Shown: one piece after another, positions 52,030 to 64,000 of the stretch | Numbering within the stretch: the stretch's first letter is position 1 | Layout of the letters: each line of letters begins with the position of its first letter | Assembly (NCBI GenBank): GCA_002633005.1 | Contig: NMRA01000011.1 | Coordinates: 1,562,555-1,626,554 of the forward strand | Origin: Phoronis australis | Lineage: Eukaryota; Animalia; Phoronida | Length of the DNA stretch: 64,000 nucleotides | Direction: 5' to 3' | The notes under the pieces: model-generated | What the model was told of the DNA's origin: nothing | Database searches by the model: none | The model's input: the letters and a program-made list of their open reading frames with translations, nothing else | Program-made: the position numbers and the translations under genes

Positions 52030-55000
52030 TAGAAACGCTATTTTAAAAACTTCAGGTAATTTGTTGAGTCGAAACTATTTTTATTCAAGAATTCACGTTG
52101 CCCTATCGACAATCTCGAGGCAGCGACGCATCATTCGGCCAGTTTTCGCCCTGGGATTTCAGCACAATTTTCCGAGAAATGATCGCAATTTAACATCGAC
52201 GTTTGATAACAATGCACCACAACTTTGTAAAAAGTCTGTCATAGGTTACAAAAACGTTACAGAGCGTAAATTTGATGAATCCTAGCTCACGATTTCCCCC
52301 GTTCCGAAGACCAGGTTTCTACGTCTTAAGCTACAATAAGCGTTCCACCGAAACGATTTTTAAGCGCCCTAGGTGCTTATTAGGGCGAATACGGTAATAG
52401 TAAGCCACATGAGCGCATTGTTAACGTGTAAATAACTACGTCTTTTGGCGTTCACTTCATTTGCTTTGGAAACAGCGTGGTCTACTGGAAATTTTCAAGG
52501 AAACTGGTTATCAATAATTAAAGCCAGGTAAGTGCTACTGCTTCGTCAGCATGCACAAGGAGTATAAATGATTCATGAGTACACATTGATCGGGGAGGTG
52601 GCTGAAACATTTCAGGGATGCATTTGTTCATTGTTCCGAAAACCCAGTTATTCTGACGTACTCGGAAAGCAAAAATTTACTTGTAGTTAAATGTTATTTA
52701 TTATTCATTTTTAAGTTTGTTTATTTGTTTATTTTAGCCCACCATGTACAATTCGATTTAACATTTTCGTGCTGTTAAATGAATTCAACTCTTTTAGGAT
52801 TTTTAGAATTTTTATGTCACAAAAAACAATGCATGAAGGTAGATAATACACTGAAAGTGCCACTTTTACGTGAAATACGTGCACTGCAGTCACAGACGTT
52901 ATCTAATACACGGCAGCTTTAGGATTGTCATTTTCCAACATAAAACTGGACCTCAAGCTTAGAACGTCAACTCGAGTTTTAACTTGAAACCAGCTTCCGA
53001 AGTTTAATCTTTGTCCATAAGATTTTACATACCTCCTCAAGCTGTAACATAAGTGAAAGTGGTCAGAAAAGGGCATGGATTTATGTGGTGACATTGAAAT
53101 TGACCTTTACAGTCCTGTTTTTGAACTTTTACGATGGAATTATCTTCCAGATTTTCTTTTAGAAAAGCGAGGTAGGCTTAAAAGAATGCAGTTGGGGCTC
53201 TAAGAAGTATTAACTGAGTAACTCTGTTCTTGTCACACAAATACAAAAAATCCGATAAGCCAGCATTTAATATTCAGTAGCTTGCTATAATTTTGTGTAA
53301 TGTCTTCCATCAGAATGCAAAGCTAAAAGTCCAATATATTTGCAGACACCAGCTCCGAACAACTCTCAGAGGGGACTCATAAGGACGGGTTAAATCTGTT
53401 AAAGTATTATGGAAAAGCGTTCCGGAATAAGAAACCATTCCTTTAGTTTTGAGTTTTCGATGATAACTTCCTATTCCCGGATTACAATGCAGGTACACGT
53501 ACGTGTAGGTCAGCGACACAGATGCAATTTCAAATCAATGCCACAGTCACAAAAACGAATTGAAAGTTCAGTAATGAAGAAAAAATGTCGTTGAATACAT
53601 CCGATTCGATAACTATATTATCGTGCTTCTGTTAAGTTTAATTTCCGCAGTCGCTAGTAAAACTCAGTACGAAACAAAGGGAGCTTCACTACAGAGGGGG
53701 TCATAACAGCCCCTCGATGGGTGGGGTGAGTGCTCACACCAGACCACGTCATCGGCTAGAAATTTCAGCATCTACTTTGATACCCATTAAATAAAACGTT
53801 TCTTGTCGCATGAGATTCGACTTCTGCATCAAGGGGCGTGTCTGGTATTTGATTGCGCATTTGTTGTAAAAGTGTTGTTTAGTTGGACGATTTCTCGCAG
53901 AACAAGTCTAGACCTTTTTTCTTCGGGTAAAACTTCCAAGTGGCCAGTTTGGTGTACCCTTTTATTTACAAGTGGTTTCTTATGGTATCTCAAAAGTTTG
54001 AGTTTTTGGAGTTCACTTTGGGTTTCAGTGCCCGGTTGCACCCTTAATTCAATCAAAATAATTGGGGACCTAAACCTTAAATTAAGGGCTTTGCAAAAAC
54101 AGATTCCTACCTATTTTCAAGAATATTGAGAATTTATTGAAGAACTCACTCTCGATTTGTATCAAAATCAAAAAATTGACTCAGTAATGAGACTCAAACA
54201 GCCTAATAAAAGACCATCACTGTTTTTACAAGCCCACAAATACGCAATTCATTTAGAGTCTTTGGTTAAGTCCCTACTAGGGACTGTTTCTTTCTACCGG
54301 GCACAGGTGTGTATTTTCATGCGAATTTTCATTCGTTTACCCGTTTGACATGATTGATCACTGTGTATTAATTTCGGCCGATACACCGATTATCTCAAAA
54401 TTCCAAGAGCATTATGTGGGTGAGATGTTTATGGGTTTCCGGTGAGCTCTGACGAAAGTGCATTTTCTCTGTCACATGCGTTTCGTTAGTGTAAAGTTAA
54501 ACATTAGGGCTGAAATGGGTAGGTAGCATTGAACAGTTATTCTGTAACCACGGGCATTTTGTCCCTAGAATATAAATTAAAGTGGGTGTGTCAAGTTTAG
54601 CGGCTGTTTCGGGGAGTGCGTTGAAAACATTTTAAAAGAAACTGATTTTCTTGTGCTTTTGAACTCGTCCTGAATGAGAAAAGCCAAGTTTTTTAGCCAT
54701 GACCTATTTTTGATTCTAGATGTTGGCTTCAGTTTGCTTCCAACCTTTGTCGCCTGCTGTCTGAGAAACCGGGTGCGATTTCAGGTAGCTGTCAAACAGT
54801 TCAAAATTGCCAAGCGTTCATCTGATAAGAGGCGTACTATGACCACAGTTTTAGAATCTAGATTAAACGGGCATTCTGAGTCTGCATTCAGATTTTTTCT
54901 AGAACTTGCAGGGAGGTGGGATTTTTAGGTGATATAAAGTTATTCAAGAATACACAAAACATACTGCAAGTGGAAATTTTAGGGACAAAACTGTCAAATT

Positions 55001-58000
55001 TTGGGTTGTTGGTCCTAATTTGCTGTGACGAGATTTTTTACGATGTGAATCGACCGATTAAAAATGTGTAGGGTAATTAGTTTCAATTATCATGAGTAGT
55101 GCTTATGAGTTGAGAATGCTACGTAACATTTCTTCAGACTCTTGAGAAGGGCGTGAGGTAAGGATTCATCTCCACGTAGGTGCAGCCAAAACCGTGTAAT
55201 AACTGTTGTGTTCCACCGTAGCCAAAATAAGCGGGGAATCGCAGTTCAGAGTGTGTTTGGTTCCGGTTCACCTAACGACCAGTATAGGTACTAATTTGAC
55301 AACTAAAACCATAATTGTTGATCACGTGCTTCACCCAAACACCTTTCCAAACCTGTGCGTAATCGCCTTTCTCACATGACCTGGAATGTGTTACGACACG
55401 TCCGGTTAATAACATGGAGTACCTAAATTTTTATAATAGTTGGGCGAATCACAAAGTAGTGCAATGTAGAAATCCATACGCCTTACATTTTATCGTCTGC
55501 AATACACTAAAACAACCAAACGAGCGCCAACCTCCGGCCCCTGGCCAAAAGTCACGTGACACTCGACAAACAAACAAGATGTCAGAGGCAATTACACTGT
55601 GGCTAAACGACGTTCCTGGTGGATTCGGTGAGTGTTTTTGCACTATCCGAAAACGCTTTGACAAAAACAACAGGTGATGCTTTTCAGCAGAAAATCCGAA
55701 GAACCTCACACGGGGTTTACCTTCACATGGCAAATGACAAGACCACTAACGTTCATGTAAAGCTTGGTATGTACCTTAAAAGTCAAATTATCTGTACGAT
55801 GCCATAGATTTCACGATCTTTCGAACAAAATCAGTGAAGAATCACCGATATTTTTATTCTGTCGTCTGCTAAAATCCGCCAAATGAAAAGTGGGTCATAA
55901 CTGTTGGACTCTCCGAGTAAAGTAGGTCGAGTCGATAGCACTGTTTACTTTTTTCTAATCTTCGAACGAAATATTTTGATTAAAAACTCAGATTTATAGC
56001 TTAAGTACACACTCATCTTGTCCAAGGCAAGCAGTTAGCTTTTGTAGGTCTAGGGTTGTGTCCAAGACAAATTAATGCAAGCAACTGCACCATTAAGACA
56101 TTTAAGCTAGGTCTACCTTCTTATGAACTTCGCATTTTTTGTAGTTTCATTTCATAAAGGTAGCTTTCAGTTATTTTTAAAAATACCATTATCATTAAAC
56201 TGTGGTATGGTTATAAAAGATGACTAGTCTAGCGTAGTGGCAAAAAATGGCTATTTTTTAAAGCTTCATAAATCTAAATATCATGTTTGAACAACTTCAA
56301 AATAAGCTCTCTCTAACTCTACAGGCGAAGTATATACTACAGGTTCTCATCAAAAAGTAATTCAACCGTTTATTTTTTCATGACAACAGCTCGAACAAGG
56401 CCTTGAAAGAAGCTCAGTTGAACGCCAGCCTACGGGCATGTGAATAACAAAATTGTACCTCTGCTACGAAACAAAATGATGTATATAGGTCGAAATAACT
56501 GAAAAATAGCAAAAATATAAAAACAATTTCCAGGGACAATCGCTAGACTTGTAGTGCTTAGATCCAACAGGCGCCGAGACAAAGGCGGCCAGACGAGTGA
56601 AACTCCGGAGTCAAAATCAGATAGGCCTATATTGTAGCCACCAAACTGAAAAGTGTATATCTTGGAACAAATATAATTGTGTTTAACCTTCGAGTAATCA
56701 AGCGACATCGCCAAGTTCCGTCAGCTGCTCGTGTGACCGTTCGCAGTTTGATACATAGCATCACTATTCACCTTAGGAGATACCCAAAAATGACGGGACA
56801 TAGTTCTCGAGCTGCATGACGGCTGCAGAATTACAGACGCCATATCTACACCGTTTCACCATTCTTGTCGCACAAGTTCCTGAGCTATAGATTAAAATAA
56901 GTTTTATACGACACCGCATTATAATATCGTTTGTCGGGTAAAATGGCGGCTTGGAAACGCAGATGGAGGTGTGTCAAGAATGCTGCGTCCACTTTGCCAA
57001 ACGGGGGCTCCTTTGAGTCCCCCGAGTCCCCCCGTGAGTGCACGCATAGATGTGTAACTTCTGGAACCGAACCGTGATAACCGAGGACCGAGGCTAAAAT
57101 GGAACCGAACCGAACCGAACCGAAATAAAACTTAATTCCCGCCGTATCTAAAACTTGATCTACGGGGGTCTCAAAGTACATGAAACTGACATATCAATTC
57201 TGTCTTGCTGATTTTTTGGTTTGGCGAAGAAGCACACCTCCTGCGGCATATCGAGTACTAACACCACCATGTGTTCTAAGACACACGAGTCCCTCGCAGT
57301 GTTCGAACATCAGCAAATAAATATGCTGACCCGCCGGGACAGTTAATCTGAAAAGTTACTGGTCCGGCTGCCAAGTTACTGGCCCGGCTTTTGACATTCT
57401 TATCATGTTTTTCTCAGTCTTTCCAGTTACACTAAATGAGCATGTGCTTGAGATCACCCCATTAGTTTTGTTATTAACTCTAGGTGAGGATTTATTCCCC
57501 ACAAGGTTCAAGCAAGTAAACCCGTTGGCATTCAAGAGGCAAATTAAGTAGTCAATACATATTTTTGAATTAATTGAATATGAAGGGCTGGCGTGTATTT
57601 CGAACGCTGGCCCCTGGCCTTGCACTCTGAAACGTGACCATCGTCTACAAGATTCGTACCACCAGATGTCGGCATGGTACACCTATGGCTCGTCTATTTG
57701 CTGCGCAACGCCAGCAATCATGTTAAATGCATTCTGATGGATGTATCTTTTGAGCCAGAATATCAAGTCTTTGACTGTCTGATTTTTTTCTATAATCATC
57801 CCTAAAACGTTTTATGAGTGGTAGTTTGCTGTCTGTGTAATATTTTATTACAAACGAATTCCATCTATTTTGATACAGCCTTCGTGCCAGTTAGCGGTTC
57901 TGTACGTACGCGAACAGTAGCTTCAAAGTTAAAATGTTTACTCTAATCTTTATTTCAGCTGGGCTATCGGTGCAGTTTGACAGAAGCGTCAAAAGTCTCG

Positions 58001-58016
58001 TTCAACTTGGCTGGTC

Positions 58017-58211
58017 ATGGCTACCTTCACAATATTGTTGGTTATCCTGCCACTGGAATCAGTGTTTTCAAATGTAGTCGAACCGACAGTGGAAACTATT
58101 GCGGGTGGACACTATCAGTTCACTGCCAAAATCGACGTAGTGTTTCATGAAGCAACAAACCCGCCTTGGATAGTCAGAGTTACGTTTCAACCCCTTATTA
58201 AAGAATTTGGC
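58017..58211 (+). CDS. First coding exon of a secreted/surface mucin-like protein (signal peptide + start of a Cys-rich domain)
   Basis: Branch ctctaat and acceptor tttatttcag at 57958; MATFTILLVILPLESVFS signal-like peptide; donor GGC|GTAAGT after 58211 (phase 0). Confidence 0.7.
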
Positions 58212-58310
58212 GTAAGTTTCATTGGTGTATTGCACATTGTGTGAATAAACCACATCCATTCTCAGAATACTCTGACTAAACGCACACGGTAGGCTGTGTT
58301 CGGGGCAATG

Positions 58311-58545
58311 CATGCCCGCACCAGCTTAAAATATAGGGGGCCCGAATTTTTCGATACGCGGACCTTTTTGCTGAATAAACTTAACGAGGACTAAAAAATG
58401 GGACCACTAGGTTCAGGCCTACGAATTGTGCATCCGCGCCGATTTCCTGTGGACTTTGTGGACCTTTTGTCTCGTTTACTCGGACTTTTTGTTTCACTGA
58501 GGCGGACCTTTTTGCCCAACTCGCCAAATTGAGGGGCTCGTTCAG
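58311..58545 (+). mobile_element. Intronic CATGCCCGCACC-family element
   Basis: Similar to 23291-23538. Confidence 0.55.
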
Positions 58546-58844
58546 TGTCCACCCATTTTGAACAAAATCCGAAAAAACTGAGGCTAAAGTGAAATTCTTA
58601 AGTTTTACAACTACTACAAGTGCAGCCTCACTTTAAGTTAAAAACGAGGAAATGGGCAAAATTGCTATTTTTACCGTAAAACTACCGATTGCATGTGGCT
58701 TTGGTGAGTCATCAGACATGACCACAAACTGCCGACAATGAACAAACTGCTGCGGTCCTCAGTCCTTTGTGCTTCGAAGTTTTGAACAAACTTTGTCAAA
58801 TTGAGGATTGTGACAACTTGTGTATTTGCGACAGTTTGTGGTCT

Positions 58845-59697
58845 CACCTCACGACCCCTTCGACCCACGACCCCCTCGACCCACGGCCCACAACCCCCTC
58901 GGCGAAGTCTACACAAACTCGACTCGATCTGAACATGGAACAAGCATTGACTTGCAGGAACTCGGGTGGATATTCCCCGTTTTTCTGCAATTAAAGAGAG
59001 TCAATTCGACAAGTTGGAAAGCCAAAAACAGAAGAAAGCAACACGACTAAATGAAATCAAAGACCTACTGGTCAACGTTACGTATGTCGTTCACGGAAGA
59101 GTGTAATTGTCTCTTCCGCTCTTCGGACGATTCAGGCTTTTGGCAAAGTGCGTGAAACCGACAAATAATTTCTTCAGTAAATAGAGTTTCCAAATTTGAT
59201 TAAAGACACGGCTTTGTTCTTTTTAACGAAACTAAACTCGTAAAAACAGATGCAAAGTTCGTGTCTTCAATGAAATTTGCTTACAAGAAGGATTACTGCC
59301 ATATTGTAGTACATGTAAGTACAGTTTGAAAAACAAACTGTTAACTAAAGAGTATCTCAACGTTACATGTAGTATATTATGAACGAGTGTACAACAGAAA
59401 GCAGATAATACAAATGTGAAGTTATGTGCATTCACGTTAAGTTTAGTAGAACGGGGCCATTGTTAGCCGCTGGTGGAACTACAGTATGTCCGTGACGAAC
59501 GTTAGCACGCTCATAATCCGCAATTTCAGATCATGTTTGTGCGCCACTTTCTGTTTTTAACCACAAGACTTGAGCCAAAACAGGTAGGTCTTATGGGAAA
59601 GTGGCTCAACGACGTAATATAATTATGAAATGTGTAAAAAGCGCAAAGATACATCTATTGCCACAGGTCGCGGGTCTAGGGGGTTTTAGAACAATAC
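58845..59697. mobile_element. Intronic copy of the 43403 element family
   Basis: Shared blocks (gaaagccaaaaacagaa, gccattg.tagccgct, tgtgtaaaaagcgcaaagatac) and end gggggttttagaacaat. Confidence 0.7.
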
Positions 59698-59795
59698 GTA
59701 CCAGGGCACATAGAGCATCATACCACCGTTAGTAAAAATGTGGGGATTGTAAGCGATTTAGTATCATAATCAGTATCGATATCGGTTTATTCCAG

Positions 59796-60435
59796 GCAAG
59801 TACAGGGGCTGATTATGAAAACTGCAATGCAGACAATACTGCATGTACGTTGAGGGGCAACGAACACGTTACAAGTGGTACCTCAGTAACGATTGGTTTC
59901 GAGGTCACATGCAACAAAAACGATTGTCCTTCTGGAGCTATTACAATAGAGTGGTGTCTTTTGGATGCTAACCTGGAGTGCGTTTTAGACGCCACGTCGC
60001 CTTTTGAGACTATCGCTGATACTAGCACCACTACTACTACCACCACCGCTGCTGTTACCGTTACTACTAGTACTAGTGCTGTTACTAGTACTACTGCTTC
60101 TACTGGCACCGATGCTGCTACCGATACTACTACGACTAATGTTGTCACTAGTGCTACTACTACGACAACTACTACCACCGATGCTTCTATCAATACTACT
60201 AGCACTACGGCTGTTACTAGTAATACTGCTTCTACTGACACCGATGCTGCTACCGATACTGCTACTACTATTGGTGTCAATAGTACTACTGATTCTACTG
60301 ACACCGATGCTGCTACCGATACTACTACCACTACTAGTGCTGCTCCGTTTTCTTGGTCTACCTCTGCTTCACCTTCCGATGTCCCTGACGCCAGCACTAC
60401 ATTTGGGGTTGGTGAGACTACACAGGCTGTTCTAG
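59796..60435 (+). CDS. Second coding exon of the mucin-like protein (six Cys, then Thr-rich repeats)
   Basis: Acceptor ttattccag at 59795 joins in phase 0 with exon 1, giving ..IKEFG-ASTGADYENCNADNTACTLRGNEH..; three TDAATDT repeats; donor TAG|GTAAAC after 60435. Confidence 0.78.
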
Positions 60436-62752
60436 GTAAACATTCTGTAAATTAGCGTTTTCTAGCAACGGGATTTTTCTTTTTGCACTTAGAATGCTAA
60501 TCAGATACATGCATGAAGCAGTCTAACACATGCCGTCATGGCGCCAGCCTTTACAATTTTATGCATTTGCAGAGCTAATAATTATCACCACGAGAAGTTA
60601 ATGTTTTCCTGCCATGGTATGATAATGATTGATTCTGCTTGTCCACATAAATATCCAGAAAAATATTAACAGAGGATTTTGAAACGACCAATTTTGTGTC
60701 TGCATGAATGGGTAGAGGTTTGTCGAAATAGCTTGTTGTGTTTGTGTGTTGATGACTGAGCGACTGCCAAGTAACCAAGTAAGTGGCGTGCATTAGTGTA
60801 GTCTGGAGTGCAAGTAATCATCAGGTCAGAGTGGACACAATTACGGAATGTGCAAAGCCATTGGATCAATAGGAATAGATTTCTGTATGTTATTACTTCA
60901 AATGTGTGCCCTCATTAATTTTTTATATGGGACTGTGTCAATTCGATTCATACTCCCATTATTTCTTTCGTTGATGCTCTGAAAATTCCCAGCCTATCCC
61001 AGAGTGGAAAAGTTCCGAATTTATCTCCACACAAATTAGGAATTGATGACCGCTTAAAATTGACCAATATCAATCGTTTTATGTAGGGGCATTTCTTCGA
61101 TAGGGCCTAATGTACACTCAATACTTTCTTGGTCTGGCTAAGGCAGTAGATGGTGTAAAATAGTATCAAACTGATGCCACGTGTACTTATAAATTCGGTT
61201 CATATCAGTCACAATGATGGGAGCCTAGATTCCGTTATCGTCTCCACTCTTACCGAATACGCGTCGCGAAACGCGCGGCATGTGCGTGTGCGTGTGCACG
61301 TTAGTGTGGTGCAGTTTGGCAACATACCATCTGCTTGGAGACAGAACACAAAGACGTGCCGTTGTGACCTCTACGACAGTCTTCTCACCATGAGCTGCTG
61401 GAGATCGCCATGTCACCAACGAATCATGAAAGTAAGTCCGGTCGCGTTGCTGTATGGGGCAACAGAAAAACAAATTGTCACTTTGCTCATGGGTCCTCTT
61501 AGTTGAATAGGGTTTGCGATGGTATATGGCAATGCTGTGCATTGCATCAGCTTAATTGAAGTATCAACGTTCTTCATTAATAGGTTTTAAACCAGCGATC
61601 GACAAAGAGTGTCGCTTCAAGTCTTTGACATTGTGTAAATTTGAATTTATTAAATTACAATTTAGACATTAGATTTTTTAATATGGCACTTTTAGTTATT
61701 GGCTTGTTTGCGTTGTTTGTAAAAGTAATAATGGGTTGAAATCAATATTCCTCATTGGTGTTTTGACAAAAACGCGATTTACAAATGTATCCTGCTTGAA
61801 ATATTTTACGTTTTCTCAGATTTTATCAATAGGCGATGTCAATGTTGCTTTGCTCTAAGCCTCAAGAGAGTTATTGATAATTTTCTGTTATATTTTGTCA
61901 CTTCACATTGGGGAGGTGCTGAAAGTCAAACATGTGATGTGACTAAGCATTTGCCTGTGATAATCTTACAGTGCAATTCGACTGTGAATTTTGCCTGCTT
62001 TTAGGGCATGTGAACGTGTTTTCCAGAATTTTATTTCGCTTTTCATACTGGGAATGGCACAGGTTTCGGATCAGCTGCGTTGACCGGAAGCAAACATGTA
62101 TAAGTAGGTGACGACAACACGAGTCTCGTGCCTTTAATATTATTTAACTGAAATAACCACAGATGGTTTTATCTGCGTGGACTTCTTAAATCTCTGTAAA
62201 AGAAAATCGCATAAGAACTTTCTTAATGGCTAAGGTATTGAAAATCTGATTAAACGTGATAATTATAAAACCTGACTTTTGCAGTATTTAGGTAACTGTT
62301 TCCGGGAGTGCGTTCAGTAGGCGCAACAACCAGACGACAATGCAAGGATTCGCTAGATCTCGCCGTGTGTTAAAAGAGAAACAGGTAGATGATCACACTA
62401 GCTTTTTGCTTATACGAAACTCACCCAAAGTACCGTGTTTTTAGGCATCACGCCTAAACTTTAATTTGTTCCATCAAGGACAAAGACGGCACTTGAAGGC
62501 CACGTGGTTCAACAGTTTGATAGACAAAAGCTATGTGATCGATGATACACTTCCGATCAAGCATGCGCATTGATGCCCAAAGGTGGAATTGTGTGTATCG
62601 TTCATCACGTTTCCACAGGGCCACTTTCCAGTACAGGTGGCGCTGTGTCAGAGGGTATGTATTTGTTGGCTCGTGGACCGGAAACACAGATTGTCCTCAT
62701 ATAAATTATGAAGCTGTTCTAGTTTTATTAATAAGTCAATTTTTCACTTTGA

Positions 62753-62878
62753 CATGGGCGGCGCACTATAGCCCCCCACTTTTTCAGTGCTGGGCCGCAC
62801 GTGGTCTATAGGCGGTGCACCACAGAGGGGCTGAGGGGGCTTTAGCCCCCCACTTTTTTCAGAGCTGCGCCGCACATG
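62753..62878. mobile_element. Tandem dimer of the CATGG MITE inside one 5-bp TSD
   Basis: Units 62753-62803 and 62807-62878; TTTGA at 62748-62752 and 62879-62883. Confidence 0.7.
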
Positions 62879-63119
62879 TTTGATACAAATCAAGAGTGAA
62901 CTCTATGGAAAAGATGTGGCGATCTATGCGTGCAGCGCCACTAATTTAAGGTGGCTAAGATCCAATTTATTTTACACTGAGGATTATGTTTGTTAGAAAA
63001 TGTCATTAATTAACGAGGAGCTGACATTAAAGATTATATGATAGACAAAGATATCATCTGTGAGTAATGAACGACACGAAATACGCAGAAAACTTAGGAG
63101 ACTTAGTCAGTGCCGCACA

Positions 63120-63265
63120 TAGGCGCAGCCAACAACCTTTTGGCATTTAAACGTAGCGCCTACGCACCTTAAGTTACGTTATTTTGGAGCGTAGGCGCAG
63201 CCAACCATCCTTTTACATCTTAACGTAGCTCCTACGCACAGTAAGTGACGTCATACTGGGGCGTA
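63120..63265. repeat. Two ~73-bp tandem units
   Basis: taggcgcagccaac..cctttt..aacgtagc.cctacgcac..taagt.acgt repeated twice. Confidence 0.65.
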
Positions 63266-64000
63266 ATCTTGGAACAATAGCTTACGGTATCGATGCACTG
63301 CTACGCTGACGATAGCAGTGTTGCCGAATATTCCGGTGCGCGTGACCGTAACAATTATGGTGTGATACCGTAAGAGGATAAAGGGGGACCGAAGGGCCAC
63401 AAGGACACATTCCCGATCGGCAAGATCTGTTTTAGGCTTGTTGCAAAGCTGTATACAAAATCTACAGCTTTGCGTCGATGTGGGTAAAAATGACTAAATA
63501 AAATCTGACTCAGAAATAGTGCCACTAAAAGCTGCACCGCTTTTTGAGTAAACCAAGTTATTTACCGGTGTAGCAAGAATTATCGTTCTACCGCTCATCT
63601 ACTGCTAAAATTGAAATGCGCTCTTGTGTGTCGGCGTTTTGCGATTACGTCACCTGACCTGAACAGTTTCGTTACCCCCCCCCCCCCGTTAAGTGTTCTT
63701 TGCTTCCACGAGGTTGCGTACTGTCGCAACAAATTGTCGGAACTGGTTTCATTTCGTTACAAGCTATTAGCATTTTTAAGACCAGCAAACCGAATTTAGA
63801 ACAAACTTTACTGCTGCGAAGCTGTCATCATGACCCAAAAGAAGTCACAAAATTTTAGTACTGCGCGTGCGCGTGTCACGAGCGTAGGCCTGTTTTTACA
63901 ACGACGACAGACTTTGATACACAACTCAAAAGGCGCAGAGTAATGCTAGAAATGACGTTTATTAGATTGTTCTTCTCGTAAACGACTGGCAACGGGCAAG

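Larger units (their letters stand above)
50124..52394. mobile_element. pogo/Tc2-like non-autonomous element hosting nested insertions
   Basis: TA|CCGTATTCGCTCTAATAAGC ... GCTTATTAGGGCGAATACGG|TA; TA TSD; subterminal TAAGCGCCC motifs. Confidence 0.75.

Noticed and set aside
54674-54928. ORF containing LFLILDVG, like paralog A's LFLLDVG
   Set aside because: Similarity does not extend to the hydrophobic core; likely chance
59813-60435. Val-rich minus-strand ORF and Leu-rich alternate-frame ORF
   Set aside because: Shadows of the ACT-rich Thr repeat exon

Overview
AT-rich, repeat-dense eukaryotic (animal) draft-assembly sequence with N gaps, spliceosomal splice sites and microsatellites; a marine invertebrate is my inference from the repeat types, not proven. 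Nearly all short ORFs in the track are noise. Supported host coding content: (i) a tail-to-tail pair of intronless paralogous ORFs (32145-33017 +, 33225-34412 -) sharing an unrecognised ~95-aa core with two hydrophobic segments, the most novel-looking locus; (ii) a spliced gene at ~58.0-60.4 kb encoding signal peptide + Cys-rich, possibly CBM2-like domain + Thr-rich mucin stalk. Mobile DNA: a TTAA-flanked Kolobok-like THAP element whose ~310-bp TIRs include the start codon, a second THAP relic, a decayed 5'-truncated CR1/L2-group LINE, several CA...TG elements with 5-bp target-site duplications, a pogo/Tc2-like element hosting a foldback element with a palindromic minisatellite, and a Penelope-type minimal hammerhead ribozyme motif beside a 49-bp perfect inverted repeat. 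Two apparent tandem duplications at single-N junctions are probably assembly artefacts. All family assignments are by eye, without database searches.
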